This document shows, in pieces, positions 38,504 through 52,699 of a stretch of 64,000 bases of DNA. The stretch spans positions 69,874,001 to 69,938,000 of the forward strand of contig OX597822.1 of assembly GCA_951406725.2 (NCBI GenBank), written 5' to 3'. Below the pieces are notes generated by a model. That model searched no databases, was not told the DNA's origin, and was given only the letters and a program-made list of their open reading frames with translations. Origin of the DNA: Octopus vulgaris (taxonomy: Eukaryota). Position numbers and translations under genes: made by a program. The first letter of the stretch is position 1. Every line of letters begins with the position of its first letter.

Positions 38504-38732
38504 CACTATAGCATTTAAAAAGACCATATCTGTTTTATGTTAAAACTGACCAGATCCAACCTCTCACACCTATCCTACAATGTCATTCTAAAAATAAACA
38601 TATCATCAAAATCTCAAAGCTAGGAAATATTGCATGATTAATTCAAAACAATGCAAATAAATAGGCATTACATTTGGCGGAGTAATCTGAATACTGAATA
38701 AAGAAGAGCTCTGATGTTTACTCTAATCCTTA

Positions 38733-39014
<282 letters not shown>

Positions 39015-39929
39015 TTAATGTCTGTTTTCCATGCTGGCATTGGTTGGAATGGTTTGACAGGAGCTGGCAAACTAGAAAACAGTACCAGGTTCCTGTCAGA
39101 TTTGGCTTGGTTCCTACAGCTTGATGCCAACCACTTTAGAGTGTACTGGGTGCTTCTATGTGGCAGTAGTATGGGTACTTTTTATATGAACCAGAACAGA
39201 TCCTCTTTTACATGTACCAACATGAAAACTAGTTAGTTCTGAGATCTTACTAGATTCTGAGATCAAATTCCAGCACAGTTGACATTTACTTTTTCATACC
39301 CAGAGGAGGGGAGAAAGTCATCAACATTCATCACCATCTTTTAACATCTACTTTTCCATGCTTGCACAGGTCATGAGAATTAGCTAAAATGGAGTTTGTG
39401 TGGCTGGATGCCCTTTCTATTGCCAACACCCTCCTTTTTCTAAGTGGGGTATTAATTTACCAGTGTACCAAAAAACAGCTTGGATGTGTTTTTGTAGTGG
39501 ACTGCAAGCAAACAAAACTATCAGGAAGCAATTGTTTATAAACCAGTGAAAACAAAGGAAATACAAACTTGCACACACAAAGCTGGATGTCCTTCCTGAT
39601 GTCAACCATTTTACAGAGTAAAATTGATGCATTTTTCATGCCACCAGCACTAGTGAGATCACCAATTAACTTTCAAGAATCATTAATAATAATGGTTTCA
39701 AATTTTGCCACAAGGGCAGAAGTTTTGAAGGAGGGGACTAGTCGACTACATCACACCCAGTGTTCAACTGGTACTTATTTTATCGTCCCCAAAAGGATGA
39801 AAGTCGACCTCAGCGAAATTTGAACTCAGAACACTGCAACAGGTGAAATACCACCAAACGTTTCGTCTGGTGTCTCGACAATTCTGCCAGCTCGCCATCT
39901 TAGACTCATTAATAATAATTTTTATTTAT

Positions 39930-40235
39930 TTTGCACCCTTTTCAAACCTAGCCAGGCTCATGGGCCCGGTTTTCAAGTTTCTGTGGCGTATGTGTCCCCC
40001 GCCAGCTGGACGGGACGCCAGTCCATTGCAGCGTTACTCAAGAAAAAGGAAGAAAGATTGAGAGAAAGTTGGGGCGAAAGAGTACAACAGGGGTCGCCAC
40101 CACCCCCTGCCAGAGCCTCGTGGTGCTTTAGGTGTTTTCGTTCAATAAACACATGCAACGCCTTGTCTGGGAATTGGAACCGCGATCCTACGACCGCGAG
40201 TCCGCTGCGCTAACCACTGGGCCATTGCGTCTCCA
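39930..40235 (-). mobile_element. tRNA-derived SINE family D
   Basis: Minus head ggagacgcaatggcccagtggttagcgcagcggactcgcggtcgtaggatcgcggttccaattccc with A and B boxes; CpG-rich, probably young. Confidence 0.75.
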
Positions 40236-40278
40236 TGCATTAATAATGATAACAACAGTATTATTAATTTTCACTTAC

Positions 40279-40343
40279 CAATTCTTCCTTGTAATGCTAT
40301 GATCTACAATGGTTCCAGGAGCTGGATTATCTACTTGATTTCT
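40279..40343 (-). CDS. PIWIL2: piwi exon (PIWI domain)
   Basis: RNQVDNPAPGTIVDHSITRKN(W); NPxPGTIVD motif; phase 0 to 2. Confidence 0.95.
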
Positions 40344-40990
40344 CTAAAAAAGAAAAAAAAATACACAGAATATTACAATTTAAATTACACCACACTAGTA
40401 GTTATAGTGATTTTATTGTTTTGTCTTTATCTTCATCATCATCCTTATTACTATTACTATTTTGTAGACACTTAGCACTATAAAATAACAGTAAGAAGCT
40501 GAAAGATTAAACCGCTGACCCGGTTTTAATTCATATTATTAGTGGCTACTTCAGTTTACTTGCCGCAAGAAAGTTATGAACATCACAGATTCCTAATTTC
40601 ATCAGCAATATGAATTCATTGAGGGATATTTTCTGCAGTTGGATGTCCATCCTGTTGTCAACCCTCGCCTGCTTCCAAGCGAGGTCAATATTTCTCCCAT
40701 GACCAGACAAACCCCACAACCATGCTTTGCTATCACTGCTATTACCTTCTGCACATTTCCATGTGAATAGCTTAATTTCTTTATGGAAGTTACAATAAAT
40801 CAACAATGACTTTTCTACAGAAAAAGAAAAACAAGATAAAGGAATATGTCGACTAACATTTTATGTAAGCCTTCTTGCACGGATAGTTTATAATCATAGG
40901 TTCAATGTTAAGCTGCATCCACCATCCATCTCTTTCCTAAATATTACAGAAGTTAATGTTCCTCTGAATTTGTAAATCAATCCTGATCAT

Positions 40991-41153
40991 AGGAGCAGGA
41001 GTGGCTGTGTGGTAAGTAGCTTGCTAACCAACCACATGGTTCCGGGTTCAGTCCCACTGCGTGGCATCTTGGGCAAGTATCTTCTGCTATAGCCCCGGGC
41101 CGACCAATGCCTTGTGAGTGGATTTGGTAGACGGAAACTGAAAGAAGCTTGTC

Positions 41154-41211
<58 letters not shown>

Positions 41212-41441
41212 ATATATGTATGTATGTGTGTGTATATATGTTTGTGTGTGTGCGTTTGTCCCTCTAGCATTGCTTGACAACCGATGCTGGTGTGTTTACG
41301 TCTCCGTCACTTAGCGGTTCGGCAAAAGAGACCGCTAGAATAAGTACTGGGCTTACAAAGAATAAGTCCCGGAGTCGATTTGCTCGACTAAAGGCGATGC
41401 TCCAGCATGGCCGCAGTCAAATGACTGAAACAAGTAAAAGA
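40991..41441 (+). mobile_element. tRNA-derived SINE family A, full length, with internal (TA)n
   Basis: A box gtggctgtgtgg, B-box-like gggttcagtccc, CORE-like cttgggcaagt, tail gactgaaacaagtaaaaga; many copies or fragments across the window. Confidence 0.85.
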
Positions 41442-42279
41442 GCAATCTCTTTCCTCCCCATCACCTACATTATGTTACATATCCTAAATGTATTGCAACA
41501 TCATTTTTTTTCTCTGTGGTCTACATTCCCTTCACTTTTCCCCTCCATTAACTTTGAACTCAGAACACTGCAACAGTGAAATACCACTAAGCATTTCGTC
41601 TGGTGTCTCGACGATTCTGCCAGCTCGCCATCTTAGACTCATTAATAATAATTTTTATTTTGCGCCCTTTTCAAGTCTAGCCAGGCTCATGGGCCCAGTT
41701 TCCTGGTTTCTGTGGCGTATGTGTGTCCCCCCCACAGCTGGACAGGACGTCAGTCCATTGCAACGTTACTCAAGAAAAAGGAAGAAAGATTGAGAGAAAG
41801 TTGGGGCGAAAGAGTACAACAGGGGTCTCACTTGAGATCAACCTTGGTCCTCTGATACAAACTTACTCTTTTAAAGTGACCTGAATTAAATTCTTCCATC
41901 AAAATTCCATGTTAATCTATGGTCCAAACACCAACTTAATAACAAAGTTACTTCTTGTTATTTTCAAAATTAATTGAAAGACAGTGTATGTCAATAGAAA
42001 TATAATAACAAAATGGTCAAAATTAATACAATACAAACATTTGTGCTTAGCCTGTTAACTGCCATGGCCTGTTACTAGAACTTACCAGTGATGTTATATA
42101 ATGTGTACAGTCAGACTGTATACTGTTTAATTTCAAAATGTAATTTTTTTTTTGTATCTTTACAATATTTCATTGCTAAATTTTAATATTTAGTGCTCAT
42201 GTTATTTAAATATTCTGAAATCCATGTCAAAGATACTGAATAAAATCACCACCACCATTCTTTAACATCTGTTTTCCAT

Positions 42280-42722
42280 TGTAGAGACGCCTGGTTCTAG
42301 ACGCCATTGTGGAACATTCATCCATGCATAGAATTAGAGCTTTCCAGAGATCTGATGGAAGCTCCTTGTGCGCATGCGCAATCAGCAGCAGCAGCTAGGC
42401 TTGACCACCTATTCATCCTCTTCAGCTCCAGCTTCTGACCGGACAGGATGCAACCTAGACCAGCTCCATGTAGCTGGAATTTTGACGGCAAGCGACGTTG
42501 CGAGTCTGTGAAAATGCCTTTGTATTTTTGTATCTAACTACCAACCCTGCTGCTTCCACTCCGAGGCATCCAAGGCTACCGATGTCCAGAGATGAAAGGT
42601 TTATTCAGGGGAAATAAATTATTATTGTTATTTGTTTGGAGAGATCTTGTCCTTGCCTTTTCCTTCCATGAACTATGTATGGAATTGTGAAGCACCCATC
42701 CAGTGCCAACTCTTTTCCTACA
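42280..42722 (+). mobile_element. Solo LTR (Ty3/Gypsy-like)
   Basis: TGTAG...CTACA termini, 4-bp TSD CCAT (42276-42279 and 42723-42726), internal AATAAA ~42612; splits a family C SINE tail cleanly. Confidence 0.85.
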
Positions 42723-43000
42723 CCATGCTGGCATGAGTTGGGCAGTTTGACCAGAACTGGCAAGCAAGAGGGCTGCACCAGTTCCAGTCTGATTTGGCTA
42801 GGATGCCTTTTATAATTCCACCAGTGGTGCATATGGCAGTTGTGTAAAGTTTGTGATGAACCACCGATGGTACTTGTGGTGGTTAACATGTTAATACCAA
42901 CCAATTTAACTTCACTCAGCATTATTCCTCCACACACATACACACAATGTTGCAAGACGTAAAAATAATAAGATGCACTACCAAAAGCAAGACAGCTTAC

Positions 43001-43192
43001 CCGATTTATATATATCCTTGTGTTAACTCTTTTCTGTACAATTATAACTGAGAGTAAAGGACTGTAGGTATCACCAAAATGCTGGAAACACTTGGAAAGT
43101 TGCTCAACCTCGTAACCAGACACAACTGATAACTGGCTGTCAGAAACGCCATCTCTAAATACAACAATACGCTTAGGCAAAATGTGATTCAT
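43001..43192 (-). CDS. PIWIL2: piwi exon (PIWI domain, catalytic Asp in RDGV)
   Basis: MNHILPKRIVVFRDGVSDSQL...IIVQKRVNTRIYINR; 64 codons, phase 0 to 0. Confidence 0.97.
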
Positions 43193-43346
43193 CTGAAAGC
43201 CAAACAATAGCAACAATGAAAGATTAGAGACTTGATATTTTTATACATGTGTTAGCAACAAGACCATAAAATTTCAAATTTGTGTAAAAAAAAAATCTAT
43301 GAAGAACATAAGAAAACCAGTGTTTCAATAGTCAAAACATTTTTAA

Positions 43347-43568
43347 CCCTTTAGCATTTAAACAGCCATATCCTGCCCAAATATTCTACCTGTTTTGTGT
43401 TCCAACTGGCTAGAACTAGCCTTTCACACCTACCCTACAATGTCAGTCTAAAAATATATGATTCCATCATTGAAATCTCAAAGTTACAAAATAATTAAAG
43501 ACGTGATTAATTCAAAATTTATGTAAATAAATAAACAATTTTGGCAATGTTATCTGAATGCTAAAGGG
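43347..43568. mobile_element. piggyBac-type MITE
   Basis: TTAA|CCCTTTAGCATT...AATGCTAAAGGG|TTAA; related fragments at ~12060-12186, 38501-38700 and 48780-48875. Confidence 0.85.
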
Positions 43569-44549
43569 TTAAGCGACCAGCCTTGACATTTGCTAATATA
43601 TTCCAATATATGACAAAGCAGCAAAACCTGTCTGGAATTGATAGTATCTTTAATTGAAAAAACAAAGGAAAGTTACACATGACACCAATTTTGAATGTTT
43701 TAATTAGAAAAGCAAGGTGAAAAAGTAAAGTTAGTATAAGAAATGATATGGCTGTATTGCATTAAGAAGAAAATAAACAAAATAAGCAAAATGATACTGC
43801 TCACAATATAAACTAAGTAGAATAATTATGACATTCAATGATATGACAAAATAAAACACGAAATAGTTTTGCAGTTAACATTTCAATTCTGTTAATCCTT
43901 TCGGCCCGGCTGGTACATATTTGTACCGGTCAAAAATTTTACAACCCAAATCTTTAAAATTCCCAGTCTATATTACTGCTCCGGTTTTTTCTGGTAAGTA
44001 TGTAGTGCCAGACATATGATCGGAGTGCATGACACTATAATAACAGCCCAAAAGGCTCGTATGCGTACAACCCCACCCCACCACCATTCCCAACTTGAGA
44101 AAAAAAATTCCAGCTCAAAGGAGTTAAGGCAGCAAGCTGGCAGAGTCATTAGCACACTGGACAAAATGCTAAGCAGCATTTCATCCATCTTTACATTCTG
44201 GGTTCAAATTCTGCCAAAGTTGACTTTGCCTTTTATCTTCTCAGGGTTGATAAAACAAGCACTAGTTGAGCATTGGCATGGATGGAATTGACTTAACTCC
44301 TCCCCTTAAATTGCTGGCATTGTCCCAAAATTTGAAACCAATATTTCAATTCAGTTGACAACAATCTTTTGTGTATGATAAAGCTAGCTTCACACCGAGA
44401 TCAAATACAACTTACACAGCCAAGAATTGAACATTTTTAGTAAATTTAAAACCACTGAAGTATTATATAATATCAAATGTAAAGCTATGCTCAGAAACAG
44501 AGTTTTAACTCTGAGCATTCGACCAATGAGCAGACTAGTAGAGGGTAAA

Positions 44550-44830
44550 GGCCCCCTTTGGTCATGAATGACCATGGGATTGCACCTAGAAAGTTACTTT
44601 CCAAGGCAGATGTCTGGGCAAGATTGCTTATGGGAGACCAGCAGTTGCCCATGCATACCAGCCTCCCCTCTCTCCACACACACCACTGATCTTATCCAAG
44701 GGAATTGAGTGAGCTGGAGCAATGTAAAATAAAGTGTCTTGCTCAAGAACACAACACAGCCCAGTCCAGGAATCGAACTCACTACCTTGTGATTGTGAGC
44801 CCGACGCTCTAACCACTGAGCCATGCACCT
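44550..44830 (-). mobile_element. tRNA-derived SINE (additional family)
   Basis: Minus head aggtgcatggctcagtggttagagcgtcgggctcacaatcacaaggtagtgagttcgattcctgg; related head on + at ~48463. Confidence 0.7.
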
Positions 44831-45151
44831 GTATATACACATATCCTGTGTCATTTATAAAATTATTAGGATTCTCACACATCCTAAAATTGGGTTTTTG
44901 GATTTGATGTGCCACATTCCTGGCAATAAATGCCATTCATTCACTCCAAACTTCTTTTATTTTAGCTTAGAATCAGAGCAAAAATACTTTCCTCTGTCAA
45001 AATATAAAGAGACTATCAGTGAGCAGTATCGATCACCTCAACATAATATAAAATCTTTTATATAAATGTGAAACAGTACAACTTTTAGGAATGAAGGGGA
45101 TCTTCAAGTAGTAACGATTAATAAAGTTTATCATCAGTAGGAGATCGCTTA

Positions 45152-45508
<357 letters not shown>

Positions 45509-47088
45509 TTATAACAATGTAACTCACCTACAATAAATGTATTTGACTAGTTATTAGCTTACACATGCTTGGATGCTTGTTGCAAAAATTTAGGCCCCAA
45601 AATCGTGTTCCTCTCTATCTGCAGATATTAGTCAGCTAACTTTCAGACTGAGCATCACCTGTATCGATCTCATCAGTTTGGGAGGGACTACACAGGCTAT
45701 GGTTCATATCTCTTAACTAACTTATGGATAAAAAAAATGATAATTAAGAGGCTTCAGAAAGAGCCACTCATCTTGCTAATTTTACAGATTAAAATCATTA
45801 TTGTCATTTAACGTCTGCTTTCCATGGGTTGGGTGGTTTAATGTCTGCTTTCCATGGGTCGGGTGGTTTGACTGAGGACTGTCCAGCCAGAAGGCTGCAC
45901 CAGACTCTGATCTGATCTGGCACAGTTTCTACAACTGGATGCCCTTCCTAATGCCAAGCAGTCCAAGAGTGTAGTGGGTACTTTTTATGTGCCACCGGCA
46001 CAGGAGCCAGTCAGGGGTCACTGGTGTCAATCACATTCAGATGGTGCTTTTTACATGCCAGTGACACAGGAACCAATCAAGAAGCACAAGCATCGACCAC
46101 ATTCAGATGGTGCTTTTTACGTGCCACCGGCATAAGGAGCCAGTTAGGCAGCACTGGCATCGAGCCACGCTCGAATGGTGCTTATCACATGCCACCAGCA
46201 CTGGCCATGACTACAATTTCAATTTCACCAGAGCTAAATCTCTTTTGAGATACTGGGTCTTAGAATCAAGGACAACAGGCCCAAAACTAAATAAGAGGTG
46301 TATGTTGAAAAAACAAAAAGCATGGTTGTGTGGTTAAGAAGCTCATTTTGCAATCACATGGTTTCATGTTCAGTCCCACTCTGTGACTCCTAGGGCAAAT
46401 GTCTTCTACTATAGCCCCATGCCTTATGAGAGAATTTGGTAGATGGAAACTATGTTGAAACTCATTGCATGTATGATGTATGTATGTGTGTGTGTGTATT
46501 TTGTTTGTCCCCTTCCATCAGTTGACAACTGATATTGGTTTGGTTATGTCCTCATAGCTCAACAGTTCAGCAAAAGATATTGATAGAATTTTTTTTTTAT
46601 ATACCCAGGTCTAGTCCCCATTTTTTTAGGAGGAAATAGTCACAAGACACACGAACAGGCATTCTATTCATTTCCCAGCTCAAAGAGGCATAGAACATAA
46701 CCCCCAATATCAGAGGATGGATGAGGAATGGATGGTAAGCAGCAGAACCAGAATGTATGAATGGATGGATTGAGGAAAGCTTTGGTGGTTAGAGGTGTTG
46801 GGATGAGAGAGGCAAGAGAATTTATAAATGATAGGAAAGCTAAGATTGTGTTTGTGGACAGATGAGTGAATTGTGATGTTGCTCAAAGGGGTATGGACAG
46901 TATAAGAACCAGCCTTAAAAATAAGTATTGGGGTCAATAAGACAAGAATGCGAAACCACGTAGTTAGGCAGCAAACTTATTAAACCATACAGCTACACTT
47001 GTGCCTTCTTAGCCACAGAGCCACATGTGGAATGTCAGATTCATAAGAGACCTATGAACCACCAAGTTATAAACCAGTCGGCAACTCA

Positions 47089-47274
<186 letters not shown>

Positions 47275-47678
47275 TCATTAAATAACACATTCATTTTTCT
47301 TTTTTTATGGTTTTAGAATGCTTCTAACCATGCCATACGGTTAATAAGACTCTTTCACCTGAGAAAGGGTTTTTGCTGTTATTTCTAGCAAATTGAGTGA
47401 CAGGTAGAGCAGTGAATCTCAGCCCCACCATTGTTGCTTATCCTTAAATGTATTTCACCATTTGCTACCTTTCTCCAATGTATAAAAAATACATTTCCTT
47501 AATATTTACACCTTTATGCAAAATATCAGTAAAGTTGGCTTTTTTTTTTAAAGATTTTTTTAAAAACGTAAGCCAACTCGTATTTTTTTTTCCTAACATT
47601 TACTTTAATTTCAGACATAAATAAAGTTTATGGCATCACAAATATCATTTGAAAATTTTGTCAAATGCAATGCTTATT

Positions 47679-48365
47679 CTGGGTTTTTTTTTTCCTACTC
47701 TTGGCACAAGGCCTGAAATTTTTGAGGAGGGGGCCAGAACAATCAGATCAACCCCAGTATGCAACTGGTACTTAATTTATCAACCCTGAAAGGATGAAAA
47801 GCAAAGTCAGCCTCGACAGAATTTGAACTCAGAACGTAAACACAGAGGAAATACCGGTCAAGCATTTTGCCCGGTGTGCTAATATTTCTGCCAGCTCGCT
47901 GTCTTCATCATGCTTAATATTCTTTTCTATTCTAGGCCCAAGGCCTGAATTGGGGGAGGGGGATTAGGCGATTAGATCAACCTCAGTACACAACTGGTAC
48001 TTAATTTCATCGACCCCGAAAGGATGAAAGGCAAAGTTCACCTCGGTGGAATTTAAAATCAGAACATAAAGACAGACAAAATACTGTTAAGCATTTCGTC
48101 CAGTGTGATAATGTTTCTACCAGCTTGCCGCCTTCATCCTGCTTAATATTCTTTTTAACTCTAGGCACAAGGCCTGAAATTTGGGGGGTGGGGGCCCAGG
48201 CGATTACATCAACCCCAGTACGCAACTGGTACTTAATTTATTGACCCCAAAAGGATGAAAGGTAAAGTCAACCTCGGTGGAATTTGAACTCAGAACGTAA
48301 AGACAGACAAAATACTGCTAAGCATTTCGCCCGTCGTGCTATCGTTTCTGCCAGCTCGCTGCCTT
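47679..48365 (-). mobile_element. Tandem trimer of SINE family B (~232-bp period)
   Basis: Units start at ~47692, ~47922 and ~48154; whole array flanked by AAATGCAATGCTTATT (47663-47678 and 48366-48381). Confidence 0.85.
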
Positions 48366-49011
48366 AAATGCAATGCTTATTAATTTATTGTTTTGAATTA
48401 ATCATGCACTGGTTTCAGATTTTGAGGATATAACTGCTTATTTTTAGAATAAGGTAGAGTGAAGGAGCATGGCTTAGTGGTTAATGTATTCAGTTCATGA
48501 CTGTAATGTCAAGGGTTCAATTCCTTGCGATACATTGTGTCCTTGGGCAAGACACTTTATTTCATGTTGCTCCAGTTCACTCAGCTGGCAAAAATGAATT
48601 GTATCTGTATTTCAAAGGAGGAGCCTTGTCATATTATGCGTCACACCGGACTATGTCAAAGGTACATGTGTCTGTTGAGTGATCAGCCACATGCACATTA
48701 CTTTCATGAGATGGCTGTTCTGTCGATCAGATCAACTAGAACCTTTGTCATAGTAACCAACGGAGTGTCAGTAGTAGCATAGGATAGATTTTAGAGGCTG
48801 GATCGAGCCAATCTGAAGATAAATCAAGTAGAATATTTGGGCTAGATGTGGCCAGTTTAAATGCTAAAGGGTTAAGCAGATATCTGCAAAAGTTATTAAA
48901 ATCTGCTTCAGACGCAAATGGAAAAAAACAGTCTATTCTCCTATTAGAGTTTATGGGTTTGCAAAGAGAAATAGGTGAGAGGATTAATAAGTAGTAGCAA
49001 AGCAATTTTAC

Positions 49012-49107
49012 CTGTGATGGGACAGGACACTCAACACAGCATAACTTTTTAACTGCGCTGTATTTGTCATCACGGCTCGTTGGGAAAATAATGACAACAA
49101 GTTGAAG
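49012..49107 (-). CDS. PIWIL2: piwi exon (MID domain)
   Basis: LQLVVIIFPTSRDDKYSAVKKLCCVECPVPSQ; 5'-phosphate pocket Y, K and Q. Confidence 0.96.
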
Positions 49108-49139
49108 CTGAAAAATAAGTCGGCATAAAAACAAAAACA

Positions 49140-49335
49140 TAAACCCTTTTGTTACTGTATTTATTTTGAGATGCTCTGCATTTCTTTCAATTACTTTAAA
49201 TATAACAAGCTAGAGTTAGGAACATAAATTGTGACTAAGGTTTGGTGGAAGATTTTAATTCAAAACTTATGAAAACAAGACATTTGTACTCAGAGCCAGA
49301 GCCAGTTTCAGCTGGATTGGTAATGAAAGGGTTAA
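49140..49335. mobile_element. piggyBac-type MITE, second family
   Basis: (T/A)AA|CCCTTT...AAAGGG|TTAA; full copy at 54848-55077; opposite-orientation relics at ~26761-27350 and ~41830-42020. Confidence 0.75.
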
Positions 49336-50036
49336 GTAGAATAAATCAGGAAAAAATTGAGAAAACATGTAGGCGCAGGCATGGCTTTGTGGTTAAGAAG
49401 CTTGTTGCTTTCCAACCATGTGATCTTCCGTTCAAACCTACCGCATAGCACCTTGGGCAAGTCTTCTTCTACTATAGCTTTGGGTCTTAGCGAGCCAAAA
49501 TGAGGACATTTGTAAGAGAGGTCATAACACATAATTGGCAGAACTTTATGCATGTTCTCTGTTGAGAGAACGTTTTGTATCTAGTTCTGTGAATTAGGTT
49601 TCCTGCAACGACTTCACTGAAGAGCTACAGATGATCACATTAGTGATCATTAATAGTGAAATTTTAAGGTATGAAGTTTATTGCCCTATTTTGTATGTTT
49701 TCATTGGTCTTGCTCACTTACATTCTGCCGTTTGCTAAAATTTTTGAGAACATATTCTTCATGGTAAAACGATTTGGCATCTTCTAGCATATTAGGAATC
49801 CACATTGGAGGCTATTCCTCTTATTTATATATACATGTATATATATTGTTAATCAAATATATTCAATAAGAATACAATATACTGAATTTCTAATAAGTGC
49901 TCTTGGTAGGGAAATGTCTGAAACATTAAAGGTATTTAGACATTTAATAAGAGCGATTATATATTATATTATAAAATAAAAGCAGCAAAATTACATAAAA
50001 AAATCATCACAGAAGATATGTATCCAAAATATTGTA

Positions 50037-51018
50037 TTAACCCTTTCATTACTATATTTCTGACCAAAATACGCCCTTCATGAGTTTCAATTAAATTCTA
50101 AAATAATCATGTTTCATTAAATAACTGTAACCATAAAGGTGAAATAAACTGAAATACTGGAATCCACTGCAAGTTTGACTAAACTAAAAAAATAATATAC
50201 GGCCCTGGAAGTGATAAATTCCAGACCACATCATACCCTAGGCCATGCTTACTAACATTATTTTCGCTGTATAAAAACTAAAACCACAGCAGTACCCAGT
50301 ATTTGCTTCACAAATTTTTCAAACTTTGATCCCCCATTTCGTGGCCTTTCCTAGCATATACTGTTTGTTTATATTCTGTGTAACAGTTTGTTTCCGCAGT
50401 GATCGCTTCAAACAAGCATACTGAAAAAAAATGAAAGTGCAGCGGTTTCACTTCCTAAGAAAGACTATGGATAGACCCCATCTCTTCAGGAAAATTGCTA
50501 ATAAAAATATTTCTAAAGTTTTTACTTCATTCCGATGTAAAATCGTCTTTGCTGTCGTTATTGCCACTTTCAGTTTCTTCAAAATCGCTGCTTTCGGTTT
50601 CGGATACAGAAAAGGCCTATTCATTCTCGTACACCACATGCTTTTGTACCTCATTCATTCTTTTTCTCAATATCTCCATATTTTCCGTTGAAAATCTTTT
50701 AAATTCGGAATCACTGCTTAATCACTGCAAGAAACTCCTATCCATTTTCAAAGTTGAAAAAGAAATCGACACCGAAAGAATGTGGAAAAAAATCTCCCAA
50801 AATTCACTGAGTTCAGATATCTCATCAAGCAATGTCAGATACTATAACCCAACTATTTACAAAGTGAAATCACCTATTTTCACAAATGTACTAATGTGAT
50901 TTGTGCGTAAATTCACATTTAAATAAAATGAGTACTCTTGGCCCGCTACGACTGGGTTGGTCTTATGAAACAAAAAAATTTTCAGCCGGCTACTGGCAGG
51001 TTAGTATCAAAAGGGTTA
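50037..51018. mobile_element. ~1-kb TTAA-flanked piggyBac-like non-autonomous element
   Basis: TTAA|CCCTTTCATTACT...AGTATCAAAAGGG|TTAA; ends related to the 49140/54848 family. Confidence 0.6.
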
Positions 51019-51184
51019 AAGTGTTTTAGAAAATGAATCTAAATATCTTATTATTTTAAAATTTAATTGAAACATATAGACAGCGTATTCTGATTTTCTA
51101 AACAAGCAATGTTCAAAAAGTTACCCCGATTCCTCATTTCTCACCTTGATACACATAATTTCAAAATATAACATTTAAACTCAC

Positions 51185-51487
51185 ATTCTTATGGATAGTT
51201 TCTCTTAAAAGACGAATCAGTGTCTCTGTACGCTGGTCTCTGGTCTCAATCAACTTGGGTTGGGAAACATCAATTCCCATTGGTCCTGTCACCTTCATCA
51301 TCATAGATATGTAGTCTTTCGACTTTCCAATGTCTTGTTTACAAGTTATCACTACCCAGTTCTGCAAAGGCACTGGGGTTATGACAGCTGCACGGCTCAG
51401 ATCACGTCCCCAATCAGCTTCTTCAGAGGCATTGAAATCTCTTTCCCTCATGATTATCCTCTCTGGTGGGAAATATCTTCCTTCAAT
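51185..51487 (-). CDS. PIWIL2: piwi exon (L2/MID)
   Basis: IEGRYFPPERI...ADWGRDL...LQNWVV...GPMGIDVSQP...RETIHKN; 101 codons, phase 0 to 0. Confidence 0.94.
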
Positions 51488-52245
51488 CTGTCCAATTACA
51501 GACAAAAATGTTTAGAATAAGAAATATTTACAGAGTAGGATAAAGCAGCTAGTTGGACCAAATTTTGAAATAGTAATTTTTTTATAATGGCAAACAACCA
51601 CAAAATTATTAAGCAAGAGATATAATCAATGTCAGTATACGACGGGTAGTTTTTCATCAATAAGAGAAGAGTGAAAGGTAAAATCAACTGAAAAAGGATT
51701 GGGAAGGCAATACACAGAGTGTTAGAGTTAAAAGGAATTTAGTTTGGTTTTCTGGCATTTCTGTCAGTCCACATTCAGGCAATAATGTAGCCTTTTGTCA
51801 AATTTGGAAAATTTTATTAATAAAAACAATATAAGAGAAGAAACCACAACTCAAACCCAAGTTCTCTATCTCGTTAATTTTTATCTTTTACAGGTTTCAG
51901 TCATTAGACAGCGGCCATGCTGGGGCACCGCATTGAATTTTTAGTCGAATGGATCAACCCTAGGACTTTTTTTTTTCTTCTTAAGCCTGGTACTTATCCT
52001 ATCAGCTTTTTTTGCCGAACCACTAAGTTACGGAGAATAATTAAAATTTAGATAAAACTGTTAAAAAACATTCAACAGCTTCAAAATAAACCTATTTAAA
52101 GTATTTGTTTACATGAGTATTTTGCTGCAGCTGTTGACTGGAAAATATCTAATATAATAAATGTGAATGTCAGTGTGTCACACTTTTTCAACTTTACTCT
52201 TAGAGGCCGTAGCCCAACATAGCATGCCATTTTGGAATCAGGCCA

Positions 52246-52575
52246 ACTTTGTGAGTAAATTAAAAACATTGTTGGCTGAATCCGGACCCGCAATCCTGAA
52301 ATTTTGTATTCCCAAGTTTTCATTACTGCAATTGTTTTAGGCAATTTTTTTATATGACATTTTGCAACAAATTTTTTTGTACAATAATAATTTTTATAAT
52401 CTAAAGACTAACTCTGTGAGTAAATTAAAAACACTCTGGGCTAACTCCGGACCCGTAATCCTGAAATTTTGGATTTCCAAGTTTCCATTACTGTGATTGT
52501 TCTCGGCAATTTTTTTATGTGAATTTTTGTGACGAATTTTTTTGTATGATAACAATTTGTATAACTTGAAATAAA
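52246..52575. repeat. 165-bp imperfect tandem duplication
   Basis: 'tgtgagtaaattaaaaaca...tccggacccg(c/t)aatcctgaaatttt...ccaagtt' at ~52250 and ~52415. Confidence 0.8.
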
Positions 52576-52699
52576 TTTTGGGAATAACTGAAATTGCAAA
52601 CTCCAGCAAAATATTTTTGGCGATTTTTTAACGGGATTTTTTGCAATGGATATGGTCATCATTGGGAGATGATACTGGAGGAAGTAATTGCAACAAGTC

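Noticed and set aside
40170-40235. tRNA gene candidates (also ~23940, ~44760-44830, ~48465)
   Set aside because: tRNA-derived SINE heads continuing into repeat bodies, with no complete acceptor stem
42605-43000. ORF extension after the RDGV piwi exon (203-aa ORF)
   Set aside because: Read-through past the GTAAGC donor into intron, SINE and LTR sequence; homology resumes in exon 40279-40343
50431-50899. Overlapping 68-134 aa ORFs inside the TTAA-flanked element
   Set aside because: No recognisable transposase or other motifs
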